A stretch of 64,000 nucleotides of DNA from Planctomycetota bacterium (GCA_038213805.1 JBBQSO010000004.1:32001-96000); one strand, 5' to 3'. Shown: positions 20,704-31,032, counted from the stretch's first letter. Numbers and translations are program-made. The notes: generated by a model not told the origin, from the sequence alone.

Positions 20704-21552
20704 TCAGGCCACCGCGGAATGGACCACGTGGTCCTGCGCGGTGCGCAGGTCGAATGCCGCTGCGAGCAGCTCGGCGAGCGGCAGGGTGCCAGGGCTGCCC
20801 AGAGCCGTGATGCGCAGGGATCCTTCGCGCGCTGGTTCGTCATCGGCCTCGATGCCAACCTCGATCGCCGGGGCGAGGGCGCCGTCGGCCACCGCATCAG
20901 CGCGCCGCACCACCGCCACGCCGCGCGCGGCGAGGAGCAGGGCGGTGAGGTCGGCGAGCGGCTCGGCAGCCTCGCCGAGCGCGACCACCTGGGTCACCGC
21001 GCCGCGCACCGGATGGCGGCGCAACAGCTGCCGGCAGCGTTCGCTGGCGAGCTGGATGAGGCTCTCCTGCTGCGGCAGGGTACGGCCGTGATGGTGCAGT
21101 TCGGCCAAGCCGATCAGCAGCGGCGCGAGCACCGCGCCGATCTCGTCGCTTGGGCGCAGGTCGATGGGCGCGAGCTGGACGATCTCCAGGGCGCGTCCGG
21201 AGTGCTGGTGTTCCATGGCTTCCATCAGCTGGTCGCGCAGGCTTCTGGCGCGGCGGTCGGCGCTGGCCGGCAGGGCGCGCGCGTGATCGAGGCGCAGATG
21301 CACCTCGCGGCCAGGGATGGCGGGCCAGCGCGGCAGGCCGTCGATGATCAGCTTGCTGATCGCCATGCCGCCGCGCACCAGCTCGGCGGCGTGCTTGAGT
21401 TCTTCGAGGTCGTGGGCCGAGAATACGCGGTAGCCGTTGCGCAGGCGCTTTGGGCAGGGCCAGCCGTAGCGGGTCTCCCACACGCGCAGGACGCTGGGGG
21501 CGAGGCCGCTGATGCGCGCGGCGTGGCTGATGCTGTAGGTCGTGTCGGGCAT
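20704..21552 (-). CDS. MerR-family regulator, CarH/LitR-like architecture with degenerate C-terminal domain
   Basis: YSISHAARISGL...LRVWETRYGWPCPKRLRNGYRVFS HTH; helical bundle then Rossmann-like tail. Confidence 0.8.
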   Translation of the reverse strand: MPDTTYSISHAARISGLAPSVLRVWETRYGWPCPKRLRNGYRVFSAHDLEELKHAAELVRGGMAISKLIIDGLPRWPAIPGREVHLRLDHARALPASADRRARSLRDQLMEAMEHQHSGRALEIVQLAPIDLRPSDEIGAVLAPLLIGLAELHHHGRTLPQQESLIQLASERCRQLLRRHPVRGAVTQVVALGEAAEPLADLTALLLAARGVAVVRRADAVADGALAPAIEVGIEADDEPAREGSLRITALGSPGTLPLAELLAAAFDLRTAQDHVVHSAVA

Positions 21553-21856
21553 GGCGGATTCCTCCTGGTGACCGTTATGGACGTTTTATCGAGGTACGTA
21601 AAAGAATCAAACACGGATTTGACCAATTTTTTGCCCTGCGGCTGGCCATGCGTCTGGCAAGCCCACGAACCTGATCGCCGATTCTGGACGATTTGACCGT
21701 ATTACGATTCAACCCCCATGGCTGTTTGAGGGCGGTATCCGGACTGACGGCATGTAACTGGTCGGCTTACCGGCCAGACTCCTAGCCTAGCGCCGCGCGT
21801 GCCGAAACCGCTTGGCGACACCCCTGCTCGCGGAGGGGCGGCGCGACCGCCGTCGT

Positions 21857-22867
21857 TCATGAGCCGCGCGCGATCACCAGGTCGGCCGCCGCCAGTCCCG
21901 ACAGCGCGGCGCCCTCGATGCGCGGGCGCGCGCCGAAGGCGTCGCCAGCCAGGATCACGCGCGCCGCGGCATCCACCGCCAGGCATGGCTCGACCAGGGT
22001 GGTGGTAGCCAGGCTGTACCGCCAACGCTTGAGGTCCGTGGTCGCTGGCGCGTCCCAGGTGCCGGCAGCACCGGCGCGCCGCAGCGCGGCGGTGAGCGCG
22101 GGCACCAGCGCAGTGATCACCGCGGCCGGTTCGTCGTCATAATGCGCGCGGCTCCAGTCGCCGTTGGCGTGCACCACCAGCCCTTCACCGCTGGTGCGCA
22201 GGCCCTTGCCGCGCTGGCTGGCGATCCAGCCGATGGGTCCGTCGGTCAGACGCATGCCGCCTGGCGCCGGCAGCGCCGCGCCCATGGCCTGCGGATAGTC
22301 GAGCAGCAGGCATAGGCACGGCGCATAGGCGACGCCATCCAGGCGGCGGCGCAGCGCGGGCGCGAGCGGTGTGCCGCCTGCATCGAGCAGCGCCAGCGTC
22401 TGCGCCACCGGCGCGGTGGCGATCAACGTGTCGGCGCGCCAGGTGCAGCCCGCGGCGTGGGCGGTCGCGGCGTCGCCGTCGCTGGCGATGGCGGTGATGG
22501 TGGTGTCGAGCTCGACAGTCAGCCCGACGGCGAGGTGCTTGGCGAGGTGCGTCATGCCGCCGGGTGCGCGGTAACGCGGAAAGCCGTCCGCGGCCACGCG
22601 GCCATCGTCAGAAAGGAAGCCGCGGCCCCATTCTGCCACCGCTCCAGCGCGTTCCCATTCCGCCACCAGGGCGGCAAAGCGCGGCTCGCGCACGCTCAGG
22701 AACTGGCCGCCGTGGTCGAACACCTGGCCAGCGATGCGCCGCGTCGCGAGCCGTCCACCGACCCCGCGGCCCTTGTCGAGCACGGTCACCGTCCAGCCGG
22801 CATTGCGCAGGCTGCGCGCGGCGAGCAGGCCGCTGATGCCGGCGCCGAGGACGATGGCAGTGGGCAT
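21857..22867 (-). CDS. Renalase-like FAD/NAD(P)-dependent oxidoreductase
   Basis: GAGISG, DKGRGVGGRLATRR, FDHGGQF, RWRYS, AGD...IEGAALSG. Confidence 0.88.
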   Translation of the reverse strand: MPTAIVLGAGISGLLAARSLRNAGWTVTVLDKGRGVGGRLATRRIAGQVFDHGGQFLSVREPRFAALVAEWERAGAVAEWGRGFLSDDGRVAADGFPRYRAPGGMTHLAKHLAVGLTVELDTTITAIASDGDAATAHAAGCTWRADTLIATAPVAQTLALLDAGGTPLAPALRRRLDGVAYAPCLCLLLDYPQAMGAALPAPGGMRLTDGPIGWIASQRGKGLRTSGEGLVVHANGDWSRAHYDDEPAAVITALVPALTAALRRAGAAGTWDAPATTDLKRWRYSLATTTLVEPCLAVDAAARVILAGDAFGARPRIEGAALSGLAAADLVIARGS

Positions 22868-23042
22868 GGCGCTGCGCTCCGCGGCGCAGCATCGCACGGT
22901 GTTGGCGCGCACGCCAGTGCGCAGCGCCGCATCATCACGACCCGCGCGCAGCGCGGCGCCCTGCGGTTTGCATGGCTGCACCGCGCGCGCGGCCTGCGCA
23001 TCGCACCCCACCTGCGCGCTGCGCCCCGCACCATCAGTGAGG

Positions 23043-23879
23043 TCAGATTTGCAGGTGGATGTCGAGTCCGGCCTCGGCGATCTGCAGAGTCTCCTCCGCA
23101 TGCCCGGTCCAGCCCAGCGCCTGAGACAGCTGCGCCGCGGCTGCGACGACCATGGCGGTGACCGGAGCGAGGCGCTCGTAAGGCAGGCGGGCGGAGGTGG
23201 TGATGATGCCGAGCGCGGCGATCACGCGATCGGCGCGGTCGCGGACCGGCGCGGCGATGCAGCGCACGTCGCTCTGCAGCTCGCCGTCGTCGACGGCGAA
23301 ACCCTGGCGGCGCACGAGCTCGAGTTCGGCCTCAAGGCGGGGGCGCGAAGTCAGGGTGCGCTCGGTGCGGCGCTCGAAGGTCACCGCGGCGAGCAGCAGG
23401 TCCGCAGCCGACCTGACGGAGAAGGCGAGCAGCACCTTGCCAGGCGCCGAGCAGTGCAGCGGCACGGCACTGCCGGCGTCGGCCGAGAGCGTGGCCGGAT
23501 GCGGGCAGTCGCAGGTGTCCAGCAGGAAGATGCTCTGGTCCTGGGCGACGGCGACGTGGGCGGCCTCGCCACTGGCCGCGACCAGCTGCTTCAGCACGCC
23601 TTGGGCATTGGCGTGCAGCTCAAGTTTGGTCAAGGCGGCCAGTCCAACCTGCACCACGCCCATGCCGCAGCGATAGAGGCCCTTGTCCTCAGACGCGAAG
23701 CCGGTGTGGCAAAAACTCCGCAACATCCTGTAAGCGCTCGTTTTAGGGACGCCGGTCAGACGGCTGACCTCACCCAGGCTGGTGCCCTGCGGACGCTTGC
23801 CGAGCAGGGCCAGCACGGCGCAGCTCTTGATCACGTTGGGGATGGTGTGGGCGGGCACGGGCGGGCGGGCGTTTTCCAT
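23043..23879 (-). CDS. IclR-family transcriptional regulator
   Basis: HTH LGEVSRLTGVPKTSAYR; PLHCSAPGKVLLA; RRQGFAVDDGE; CIAAPV. Confidence 0.92.
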   Translation of the reverse strand: MENARPPVPAHTIPNVIKSCAVLALLGKRPQGTSLGEVSRLTGVPKTSAYRMLRSFCHTGFASEDKGLYRCGMGVVQVGLAALTKLELHANAQGVLKQLVAASGEAAHVAVAQDQSIFLLDTCDCPHPATLSADAGSAVPLHCSAPGKVLLAFSVRSAADLLLAAVTFERRTERTLTSRPRLEAELELVRRQGFAVDDGELQSDVRCIAAPVRDRADRVIAALGIITTSARLPYERLAPVTAMVVAAAAQLSQALGWTGHAEETLQIAEAGLDIHLQI

Positions 23880-23888
23880 ACCTGGAAA
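23873..23888. promoter_or_regulatory. Palindrome over the IclR start codon, candidate autoregulatory operator
   Basis: TTTCCA-TACC-TGGAAA. Confidence 0.45.
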
Positions 23889-24041
23889 CAGCGATCGGGG
23901 GGTGAGGTTAACAGGGACTTGTCGCAGTCCTCGGGTCGCGTGCGGATGGGAACGTCCCACCCGTGGCCAGAGCAGCCAGCCCCCGAAGGTCAGCCACGTC
24001 GCGTCTGGTCGACGTGGCGGAGAAAATACCCAGAAGTGCGA

Positions 24042-24929
24042 TCAGGCGCGGCGGCGGGTGGCCTTGAGGCCGAGGAAGCCGCGCGCGAATGCGGAGAGTT
24101 CGCCCATCGAGCCGGCGAGGTGGAGGTTGCCGGCGCTGCACAGTCCCGCCTGCGCGAGCTGGCCGAGGGCCGGACCAGCGACCACCAGCGGCACGTTCTC
24201 GAGTTCGGCGGCGAAGCGGCGGATGTGCTTGACGGTGGCGACGTGGTCCTTGATCACGGTTACCGTGCGCCAAATCAGCTTCGGGCGATGGCGGATCATG
24301 GCGGCGCGCAACACGCTGCAGGTGGTCAGCGGGCCCAGGTTGATGGTGCGCCAGCCGCACTCGGCGAGGGTGACCGCGGCCATCAGCGAGGGCAACGCGC
24401 ACGGATCGTCGCTCCAGGTCGCGCCGATCGCTGCGGGCGCCTGCGGGCCGGGTTCGGGCAGCAGCTGGCGCAGCGACTCGAGCGCCTGCTTGCAGATCGC
24501 CACCGCCACGTGGTGGGCGGCGACGCCCTCCTCGCCCTCCTTGAGCAGGGCGCAGAAGCGGCCCATGGCGCAGCGCAGGGCGCCGTCGCACAGCGTGGCG
24601 ATGTTCTGACCGTCGACGAAGGCGGCCTGGAGCAGGGCGCGCGCCTGGCCCGCATCGCCGTCGAAGAGCGCCCGGTAGAGGCGGTCGTCGGGCTGGTGGC
24701 AGGCGGCCACTGCGCCCACCGCCACGTCCAGGCCGAGGCAGGCGGCATTGCGCACCGCGACCTTGCCCGAGCGGGCGAAGCGGACCGCCTCTTGCAGGGG
24801 GATGCGGCGGTGACCACCGGCGGTGCGGCTGACGGCGATCTCACCGTCATCGATCCAGCGCTTGAGCGAGGACTCGCTCAGGCCGATCGCCTGGGCCAGT
24901 TCGCGGGGTGATAGGAAGGCTTTGGTCAT
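24042..24929 (-). CDS. MerR/excisionase-type HTH protein with B12-binding-like domains
   Basis: LSPRELAQAIGLSESSLKRW...TAGGHRRI; helical cap (VAAHHVA); Rossmann part DDPCALP...GWRTINLGPLT. Confidence 0.75.
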   Translation of the reverse strand: MTKAFLSPRELAQAIGLSESSLKRWIDDGEIAVSRTAGGHRRIPLQEAVRFARSGKVAVRNAACLGLDVAVGAVAACHQPDDRLYRALFDGDAGQARALLQAAFVDGQNIATLCDGALRCAMGRFCALLKEGEEGVAAHHVAVAICKQALESLRQLLPEPGPQAPAAIGATWSDDPCALPSLMAAVTLAECGWRTINLGPLTTCSVLRAAMIRHRPKLIWRTVTVIKDHVATVKHIRRFAAELENVPLVVAGPALGQLAQAGLCSAGNLHLAGSMGELSAFARGFLGLKATRRRA

Positions 24930-25004
24930 GGCGCGATCTGCTCTTTTAGAGCCCGTGCCACGGCGGGCAACGGCGGAACCGGCAGGCTGCCACGGGTCGC
25001 CTCT

Positions 25005-25616
25005 TCACCCGTTCCACAGCGTGCGCTTCATGCCGATCAGGGTGAACAGTTCGAGGCGGCTGGGGGGGTTGTCGAGGAACACCCCGTGCAGCTTGCTGGT
25101 GGTGGTCCACGAGCCGGGCTTCTTCACGCCGCGGTAGCACATGCAGAAGTGCTGGCACTGCATGATCACCGCCACGCCCTGGGGGTGCAGCACGTCCTGG
25201 ATGGTGTCGGCGATCTGGGTGGTGAGCTTTTCCTGGATCTGCAGGCGGCGCGAGAAGGCGTCGACCACGCGCGCGAGCTTGGACAGGCCCACCACCCGGC
25301 CCTTGGGGATGTAGGCGACGTGGGCCTTGCCGACGAACGGCACCATGTGGTGCTCGCAGTGGCTGTGCACGTCGATGTCGCTGACCAGGACGAGTTCCTC
25401 GTAGCCGCCGACGTCCTCGAAGGTGCGCTCAAGGAAGGAGCGCGGATCGACGGCGTAGCCGCCAAAGTGTTCGGCCATGGCCTTGACCACGCGGCGGGGC
25501 GTGTCGACCAGACCTTCGCGGTTGGGGTCCTCGCCCATGTGGCGCAGCAGGCCGCGCACATGGCCCATGGCCTCCTGCACGGCGGGGTCTTCCGGATCGA
25601 TTTCATGGTCGGACAT
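25005..25616 (-). CDS. folE: GTP cyclohydrolase I
   Basis: [43 protein letters not shown]. Confidence 0.96.
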   Translation of the reverse strand: MSDHEIDPEDPAVQEAMGHVRGLLRHMGEDPNREGLVDTPRRVVKAMAEHFGGYAVDPRSFLERTFEDVGGYEELVLVSDIDVHSHCEHHMVPFVGKAHVAYIPKGRVVGLSKLARVVDAFSRRLQIQEKLTTQIADTIQDVLHPQGVAVIMQCQHFCMCYRGVKKPGSWTTTSKLHGVFLDNPPSRLELFTLIGMKRTLWNG

Positions 25617-25680
25617 GGAAGAGCAGTCTGGGCGCGCCAAGCTGGGTTTCCACCGGCGAAGGTGCCAGGGTGCGGCGTGC

Positions 25681-26115
25681 TCAGCCCGGCTGGTCGATCA
25701 TCTCGATGCGGCGCTGGTGACGGCCGCCTTCGAAGGGCGTCTCGAGCCAGACGTCGACGATGGCCAGGGCGAGCTCGGTACTGACCAGGCGCGCGCCCAG
25801 GGCGATGGCGTTGGCGTCATTGTGGGCGCGGCCCAGCCTGGCGGTCTCGACATTGAAACAGTACGCGCAGCGCACCCCCGCGACGCGGTTGGCGACGATC
25901 GCCTCGCCGTTGCCGGAGCCACCCAGGACGATGGCGCGCGCGCAGCTGCCGGCGGCCACCGCCTCCGCGGCCGGGCGCATGAAGCGCGGGTAATCGCAGG
26001 GGTCGGGGGTGTCGGTGCCGAAATCGACGACCTCGTGGCCGCGCAGGCGCAGGTGGGCGGCGATCGGCCCCTTGAGCGGGAAACCGGCGTGGTCGGTGGC
26101 GAGGGCGATGCGCAT
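25681..26115 (-). CDS. rpiB: Ribose-5-phosphate isomerase B
   Basis: DHAG, DYP, GGSGNGE, HNDAN, FEGGRH. Confidence 0.93.
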   Translation of the reverse strand: MRIALATDHAGFPLKGPIAAHLRLRGHEVVDFGTDTPDPCDYPRFMRPAAEAVAAGSCARAIVLGGSGNGEAIVANRVAGVRCAYCFNVETARLGRAHNDANAIALGARLVSTELALAIVDVWLETPFEGGRHQRRIEMIDQPG

Positions 26116-26177
26116 GGTTGCAGCGTGGCGCCAGGGGCGGCTGGGCAACGGCCGTGCGCCGCGCGCCCGGTCGTGCG

Positions 26178-26660
26178 CTAGGCAGAGGCCATGGCCGCGC
26201 CGCGCGGGCGCAGCATCAGTCTGCGCAGGAAGCGGGCCAGGCGCGCGGCCGCGGCCGCGTCACGCGGGCGCTCCAGGCAAGCGGTGGCGCCCTCCTGGGC
26301 GCAGCGGAAGCGCAGTTCGGGATCGTCTGCGGCGGCCACCATCACCGTCTGCAGATGGCGCATTTCAGGCGTGTGCCTGATCAGGCGCAGCAGGTCGAGC
26401 CCGCGGATGCCCGGCAGGTCGAGATCGATCAGCACCAGGTCGGGCAGCGGGCCGGCGTCGCCACCCGTGGCCAAGCGCAGCTGGACGACGGCGAGGTGGC
26501 CGGTGGTCGCGGTCTCGACGCGCAGGTCGGTGCCGAGCTCGGCGACCAGTGCGGCGTACTCGCCAGGGCGGCGATCGACGATGAGCAGACCCGGCGCCGG
26601 GCTGGGCGCCTCTGCGTGCGGGGCGGGAGGAGCTGTGAAGATGGGGGGGAAGGTAGACAT
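26178..26660 (-). CDS. Atypical single receiver-domain protein
   Basis: LLIVD, PDLVLIDLDLPGIRGLDLL; conserved Lys-Pro appears as RP. Confidence 0.7.
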   Translation of the reverse strand: MSTFPPIFTAPPAPHAEAPSPAPGLLIVDRRPGEYAALVAELGTDLRVETATTGHLAVVQLRLATGGDAGPLPDLVLIDLDLPGIRGLDLLRLIRHTPEMRHLQTVMVAAADDPELRFRCAQEGATACLERPRDAAAAARLARFLRRLMLRPRGAAMASA

Positions 26661-26849
26661 GACTACGGTACCATCGATGGCGGGATGAAGGTGGAATGAA
26701 GGGGGGGTCAGGGAATGGGATGGCGAATTGCGATCCGGTGGACGTCGGATGTGAGCATGCCGGCTCTGGCTTGCGCTGGGTCGGGGTGAACGGGAAGCTG
26801 GGGGCTGAAACGGGTGCAGGCCGCGCGAGCGGAGACGAGGACGGACGAC

Positions 26850-28124
26850 ATGTCGGCAACCTGGATGCGCGGTGCGGGAATGGTCCTGGCATTGCTGGGA
26901 TCCGGGGCGGCCGGTGCCGCGGTGGTGGGCGCGGACGCGGCGGCGCCGGAGGCGGTGGTGTCCGCCGCGGCCAACGCAGCGTCGTTCGCTGCCTTCGACC
27001 GCCGTGCGCGCGCCGGCGAAGCGCTCACCGTGGTGTTCTTCGGTGGCTCGCTGACCTGGGGCGCGAACGCCACCGACCAGCCGCACACCTCCTACCGTGC
27101 GCGCGTCATCGAGCGGCTTGAGGCGGCCTATCCCAGCGCCCGCTTCACCGGCCACGACGCGGCGATCGGCGGCACCAGCTCCATGCTCGGGGTGTTCCGC
27201 CTCGCGCGCGATGTCATGGCGCGCAAGCCCGACCTGGTGTTCCTCGACTTCTCGGCCAATGACGACATCGGCACCGTCGACGAGGAGACCCTGGCCTCGT
27301 ACGAGTCACTGGTGCGGCGCATGGTGGTCGCCGGCGTGCCGGTGGTGCAGGTCATCTTCCCCTTTCAGTGGAACGTCACCGCCGACGCCAAGCCGATGCC
27401 GAGGCGCACCGCGCACCAGGCCATCGCCCAGGCCTATGGCGTGCCCTCGGGCGATGCCATCGGCCTGATCGCGCAGCGTCTGGTCAGCGGCGCCAGCACG
27501 GTCGCCGAGGTGTGGCCCTACGACCCCGTCCATCCCGGCGACCGCGGCTACGAGCTGTTCGCCGAGGCGGCGTGGGGCGCGCTGCGCGCTGGCATCGACG
27601 GCGGCGCGGTGTGCCGCGCCCCGGCGCGCATGCTGCACGCCGACACCTGCATGGCGTGGGCGCGGGTGCGCCTCGCCACGCTCGCGCCGCTGCCGGCCGG
27701 TTGGAAGGCCGCCCATCCCGACCTGGTGTCGGCCTTCTACGACATGCTCATGTCGCGCTGGCAGGACGATCAGGCCGTGGCGGAGTCCACCGCGACGAGC
27801 GCGCCGGCGCCGTTCGTCTGCACCGTCCAGGCCGGCACCGTGCTGATCTTCGGCGAGAGCACGGAGAAGTCCGGCAGCTACCAGGTGCTGATCGACGGCA
27901 CGGCCCAGGTCCCGCCCGGCAGCAAGACCGGTGCGGACATCGATGCCGGCGCCTTTGCGCGCAATGCCCATGGCAACGTCCACCACGTGGTGGTGGTGAC
28001 GACGACGCTCGATCCGGCACAGCCGCATCATGTGACCATCGTCCCGCACCTCGTCGCCGGGCAGGAGCTGCGGCTGGAGAGCATCTGCGTGGCGGGTGGG
28101 GCGGCGCGCGTGGTCGCGCCGTAG
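26850..28124 (+). CDS. Secreted SGNH/GDSL hydrolase family protein
   Basis: FFGGSLTWG, AAIGGTSS, FLDFSAND, DPVHP; signal-peptide-like start. Confidence 0.85.
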   Translation: MSATWMRGAGMVLALLGSGAAGAAVVGADAAAPEAVVSAAANAASFAAFDRRARAGEALTVVFFGGSLTWGANATDQPHTSYRARVIERLEAAYPSARFTGHDAAIGGTSSMLGVFRLARDVMARKPDLVFLDFSANDDIGTVDEETLASYESLVRRMVVAGVPVVQVIFPFQWNVTADAKPMPRRTAHQAIAQAYGVPSGDAIGLIAQRLVSGASTVAEVWPYDPVHPGDRGYELFAEAAWGALRAGIDGGAVCRAPARMLHADTCMAWARVRLATLAPLPAGWKAAHPDLVSAFYDMLMSRWQDDQAVAESTATSAPAPFVCTVQAGTVLIFGESTEKSGSYQVLIDGTAQVPPGSKTGADIDAGAFARNAHGNVHHVVVVTTTLDPAQPHHVTIVPHLVAGQELRLESICVAGGAARVVAP

Positions 28125-28133
28125 GAAGTGTGA

Positions 28134-29516
28134 TCAGCCAGCGGTAGTGGACACGCTTCCGGGATGCGGCGTGCGCGGCTCGGTGCGGCCGGCCGCCAGG
28201 CACAGCCCGAGCGTGGTGCAGAACACGTAACTGGTGGCGGTGTGCCCCGCGAGGTTCTCGAATTGGCCAGCGACCAGGTAGGTGGTGATCAGCGCGGCGG
28301 CCATCGCCCAACGCTGTGGCTGGCTGCGGCGGGTGCGGAATGCGGCGAGAAGCAGCGTTGCGATCCACGCCGCATGCAGCAGCGCCGCCGGGATGCCGTG
28401 CTCTGCGGCGATCGCCAGATGACTGTTGTGGGCGTCCGGAGCCTCTTTCGCGGTGCCGCTGGCATCGTGGAGCGCGAGTTCTGGATAACGCGCGCGATAG
28501 GCGTCTTTGTAGGCCTCGGGACCGCCGGTGCCGAGCAGCGGTGCGTCCGCGATCAGGCTGGCGGTGGTCCGCCAGATCGCCAGGCGGCCGTCATCGCCGC
28601 GCGCCACCTCCAGGATGTGGACCGGGGCCAACAGCCAGGTGTAGGCGGAAAATGCCGCGACCAGGACCAGCGCGGCCGCTGACCCGATCACCAGACCGCG
28701 CCAGCCGCGGCCGGCAACCAGCCCGGCACCGACGCCCGCGGCAGCGGCCAGGAACGCGCTGCGCGCATTGGCGGCCAGCAAGCCGACACAGGCCAGCGTC
28801 AGACCGCACCAGCGGCGTACGCGGCCCGCAGCCGTATCGACCGTCGGCAGGTGCAGGAAGACCAGGGCCACCATCGCCATGGTGAAGGCCAGGGTGAGGT
28901 GCACCGGCGCGAAACCGGTGCTGTGCTGGAAGCGCTCGCCCAGTGGTGGCGCAGCGATGTGAAACGGCGGTCTGCCGCCCAACCCGATGGTGAACTGCAG
29001 CAGCGCCACCACCACCGCCGCCGCGGCGGTCGCCAGCAGCGCGCGGCAGGCCCACATGCGCACCCGCGCGTCGGCGAATCCCACCTGGGCCAGGTAGAGG
29101 GCGATCCAGCTGTCCATCATGCCGAGGCCGCCAAGCGGATGCGGATGGCGGTGCAGGGCCAGGACGGTCAGCACGCTGAACACTTGCCACGCCGCGAAGG
29201 CCGCGGCGCACCAGAAGCCCGGCAGGCGGTGCAGCGGGGGCCTGGCGAGCAGCGCACCCACCGCCGCGAGGCCATAGGCCAGGTGCATCACCGCCAAGCC
29301 CAGGCACAGCGCGGCCAGCGCCGTGGCCACGCCGATCTGCATCAGCAGCAGGCCGATGCGCCGGGGGTGGGAGGCGGGGAGGGAGGCGAGGTGGGTGAAG
29401 AAGGAGGCGAGGGGCTCACTGGCCTGGACGGACAGCGGCAATGGCGGCGCGGATGCGCTCACAGGGCGTTCGGCATGCAACACGGTGAGGGGGAAGGTGG
29501 GGCTGGCAGTGGACAT
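28134..29516 (-). CDS. O-antigen ligase/Wzy_C family membrane protein
   Basis: Many hydrophobic helices, ARSAFLA, GRLAIW...PLLGTG, DAHNSHL..AAEHGIP. Confidence 0.82.
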   Translation of the reverse strand: MSTASPTFPLTVLHAERPVSASAPPLPLSVQASEPLASFFTHLASLPASHPRRIGLLLMQIGVATALAALCLGLAVMHLAYGLAAVGALLARPPLHRLPGFWCAAAFAAWQVFSVLTVLALHRHPHPLGGLGMMDSWIALYLAQVGFADARVRMWACRALLATAAAAVVVALLQFTIGLGGRPPFHIAAPPLGERFQHSTGFAPVHLTLAFTMAMVALVFLHLPTVDTAAGRVRRWCGLTLACVGLLAANARSAFLAAAAGVGAGLVAGRGWRGLVIGSAAALVLVAAFSAYTWLLAPVHILEVARGDDGRLAIWRTTASLIADAPLLGTGGPEAYKDAYRARYPELALHDASGTAKEAPDAHNSHLAIAAEHGIPAALLHAAWIATLLLAAFRTRRSQPQRWAMAAALITTYLVAGQFENLAGHTATSYVFCTTLGLCLAAGRTEPRTPHPGSVSTTAG

Positions 29517-29694
29517 CGCAATGGTGCGCATGGCAGGACGGCATCCCGACGTCTATCCAGATGCCGGGATCTTGGGACGCGGTGCGTCAGATATAGCAGC
29601 CATCACCTCAGCGCTCCAGCGGCGGGCCGCAGGGCCGGGCGCAGACACGCCCCTCCTGCGACGCACGGCGGAGGAGGGGCCTGAATGACTTGCT

Positions 29695-31032
29695 CTAAAG
29701 CTTGAAGCCGGCGCCGGTGGAATCCTTCAGGAACCCCTTCACCGTATCCAGCGACATCTCTCCCAGCCCGCGACCCACGCCGGAGAGCTTCTTGAGCACG
29801 TCATGCGGCACGGTGATGACCCCACACCTGGTCTCTTCCGCCTGGTAGATGTTGAGCAGTTCGCGCGTACTCGCCCACAGCAGCATGGCGCTCGGCACGT
29901 CCTCAAGGATGGCGGCGCAGGCGTGCATGTAGGGGACCGGGTCGCGGCCGGTGTCGGCGATGCGGCCGGCGAAGACCGAGACCACCGAGGGCGCACCACC
30001 GCGCACGGCGTCGGCGGTCTCGACGACCTGCTTGAGGGTGAGCAGGGCGGTGACGTTGAGCTTCACGCCTTCCTTCGCCAGCTTGCGGATCAGCGGGATG
30101 CAGCTCTCGCCCTTGGTATTGGTGATCGGGATCTTGGTGTAGACGTTCTTGCCCCAGGTGGTGATCAGGCGCGCCTGGCGCTCCATGTCGACGAGGTCGT
30201 CCGAGAACACTTCGAAGGAGACCGGCTTGACCGTGATCGAGGTCAGCAGGTCTTTGGCGAAGGCCGGGTAGTCCTTGATGCCGACCTTGGCCATCAGCGA
30301 GGGGTTGGTGGTGAAGCCCTTGATCACGGGATTCTTGTCGAGCTCGAGGATGCCCGCCTTGTCGGCGCCATCGGCCCAGATCTGGACCTTGAGCTGGGTG
30401 GGGTTGATGACGAGATCGCTCATGGGATGTCCTAGGGGATGGGGCTGGTCGATGGCGTGGTGGGAGAGGATATGCCGCACAGCTTCACCAAGGTCGGCCA
30501 GCTGCAAGGTCGGGGCCGCGGTGGCCGCCTCACCATAGCCGGACCCCAGGAGGATGGTCCGGCAGCCGGCCCGGGCCCCGGCGAGGATGTCGGAGTGGCG
30601 GTCGCCAACCATCCAGCTGCGCGCCAGGTCGAGGCCGCGGCGGCGGGCCGCGTCCAGCAACATCCCGGGGTTGGGCTTGCGATCCGGGTGGTCGCCGTCC
30701 GCGTAGCATACCACCACCTCGTCCACCGGCAGACTGGCGGCGAGATGCGCATTGATCGCCTCGACGCGTTCGCGGGTCTGGGTGCCGCGCACCACGTCGG
30801 GCTGGTTGGTCACCACCACCAGTTCGAAGCCCGCGGCCTTGAGCCGACCCAGCTGCAGGGCGGTGCCGGCGGGGATCTCGACCGCGGCGACGTCGCAGGG
30901 CGGGTAGGGTCGGCCGCCGCGCAGGACTGCGCGGTTGAGCACGCCGTCGCGATCGAGGAAGACCGCGTGCCCACGGTGGCCCTGGCCAGCTCCCGCCTGC
31001 GGGCCGCCGGCCACTAGGGAACCGATTCCCAC
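29695..31032 (-). CDS. In-frame GmhB-like HAD sugar-bisphosphate phosphatase plus transaldolase (transaldolase part 29695-30423)
   Basis: FLDRDGVLN, VTNQ, RKPNPGM, VGDR.SD, then ADGAD, GFTTNPSL, SFEV, YTKIP, NVT, SVFAGR; no stop between the two domains. Confidence 0.85.
   Translation of the reverse strand: MGIGSLVAGGPQAGAGQGHRGHAVFLDRDGVLNRAVLRGGRPYPPCDVAAVEIPAGTALQLGRLKAAGFELVVVTNQPDVVRGTQTRERVEAINAHLAASLPVDEVVVCYADGDHPDRKPNPGMLLDAARRRGLDLARSWMVGDRHSDILAGARAGCRTILLGSGYGEAATAAPTLQLADLGEAVRHILSHHAIDQPHPLGHPMSDLVINPTQLKVQIWADGADKAGILELDKNPVIKGFTTNPSLMAKVGIKDYPAFAKDLLTSITVKPVSFEVFSDDLVDMERQARLITTWGKNVYTKIPITNTKGESCIPLIRKLAKEGVKLNVTALLTLKQVVETADAVRGGAPSVVSVFAGRIADTGRDPVPYMHACAAILEDVPSAMLLWASTRELLNIYQAEETRCGVITVPHDVLKKLSGVGRGLGEMSLDTVKGFLKDSTGAGFKL

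Noticed and set aside
25681..26115. rpiB as a dedicated ribose-5-phosphate supplier for the octose-like operon
   Set aside because: Separated by unrelated and oppositely oriented genes; proximity may be coincidental
26701..26719. G-quadruplex-like motif (also C tracts at 9296-9326)
   Set aside because: Expected by chance at this GC content; no supporting evidence
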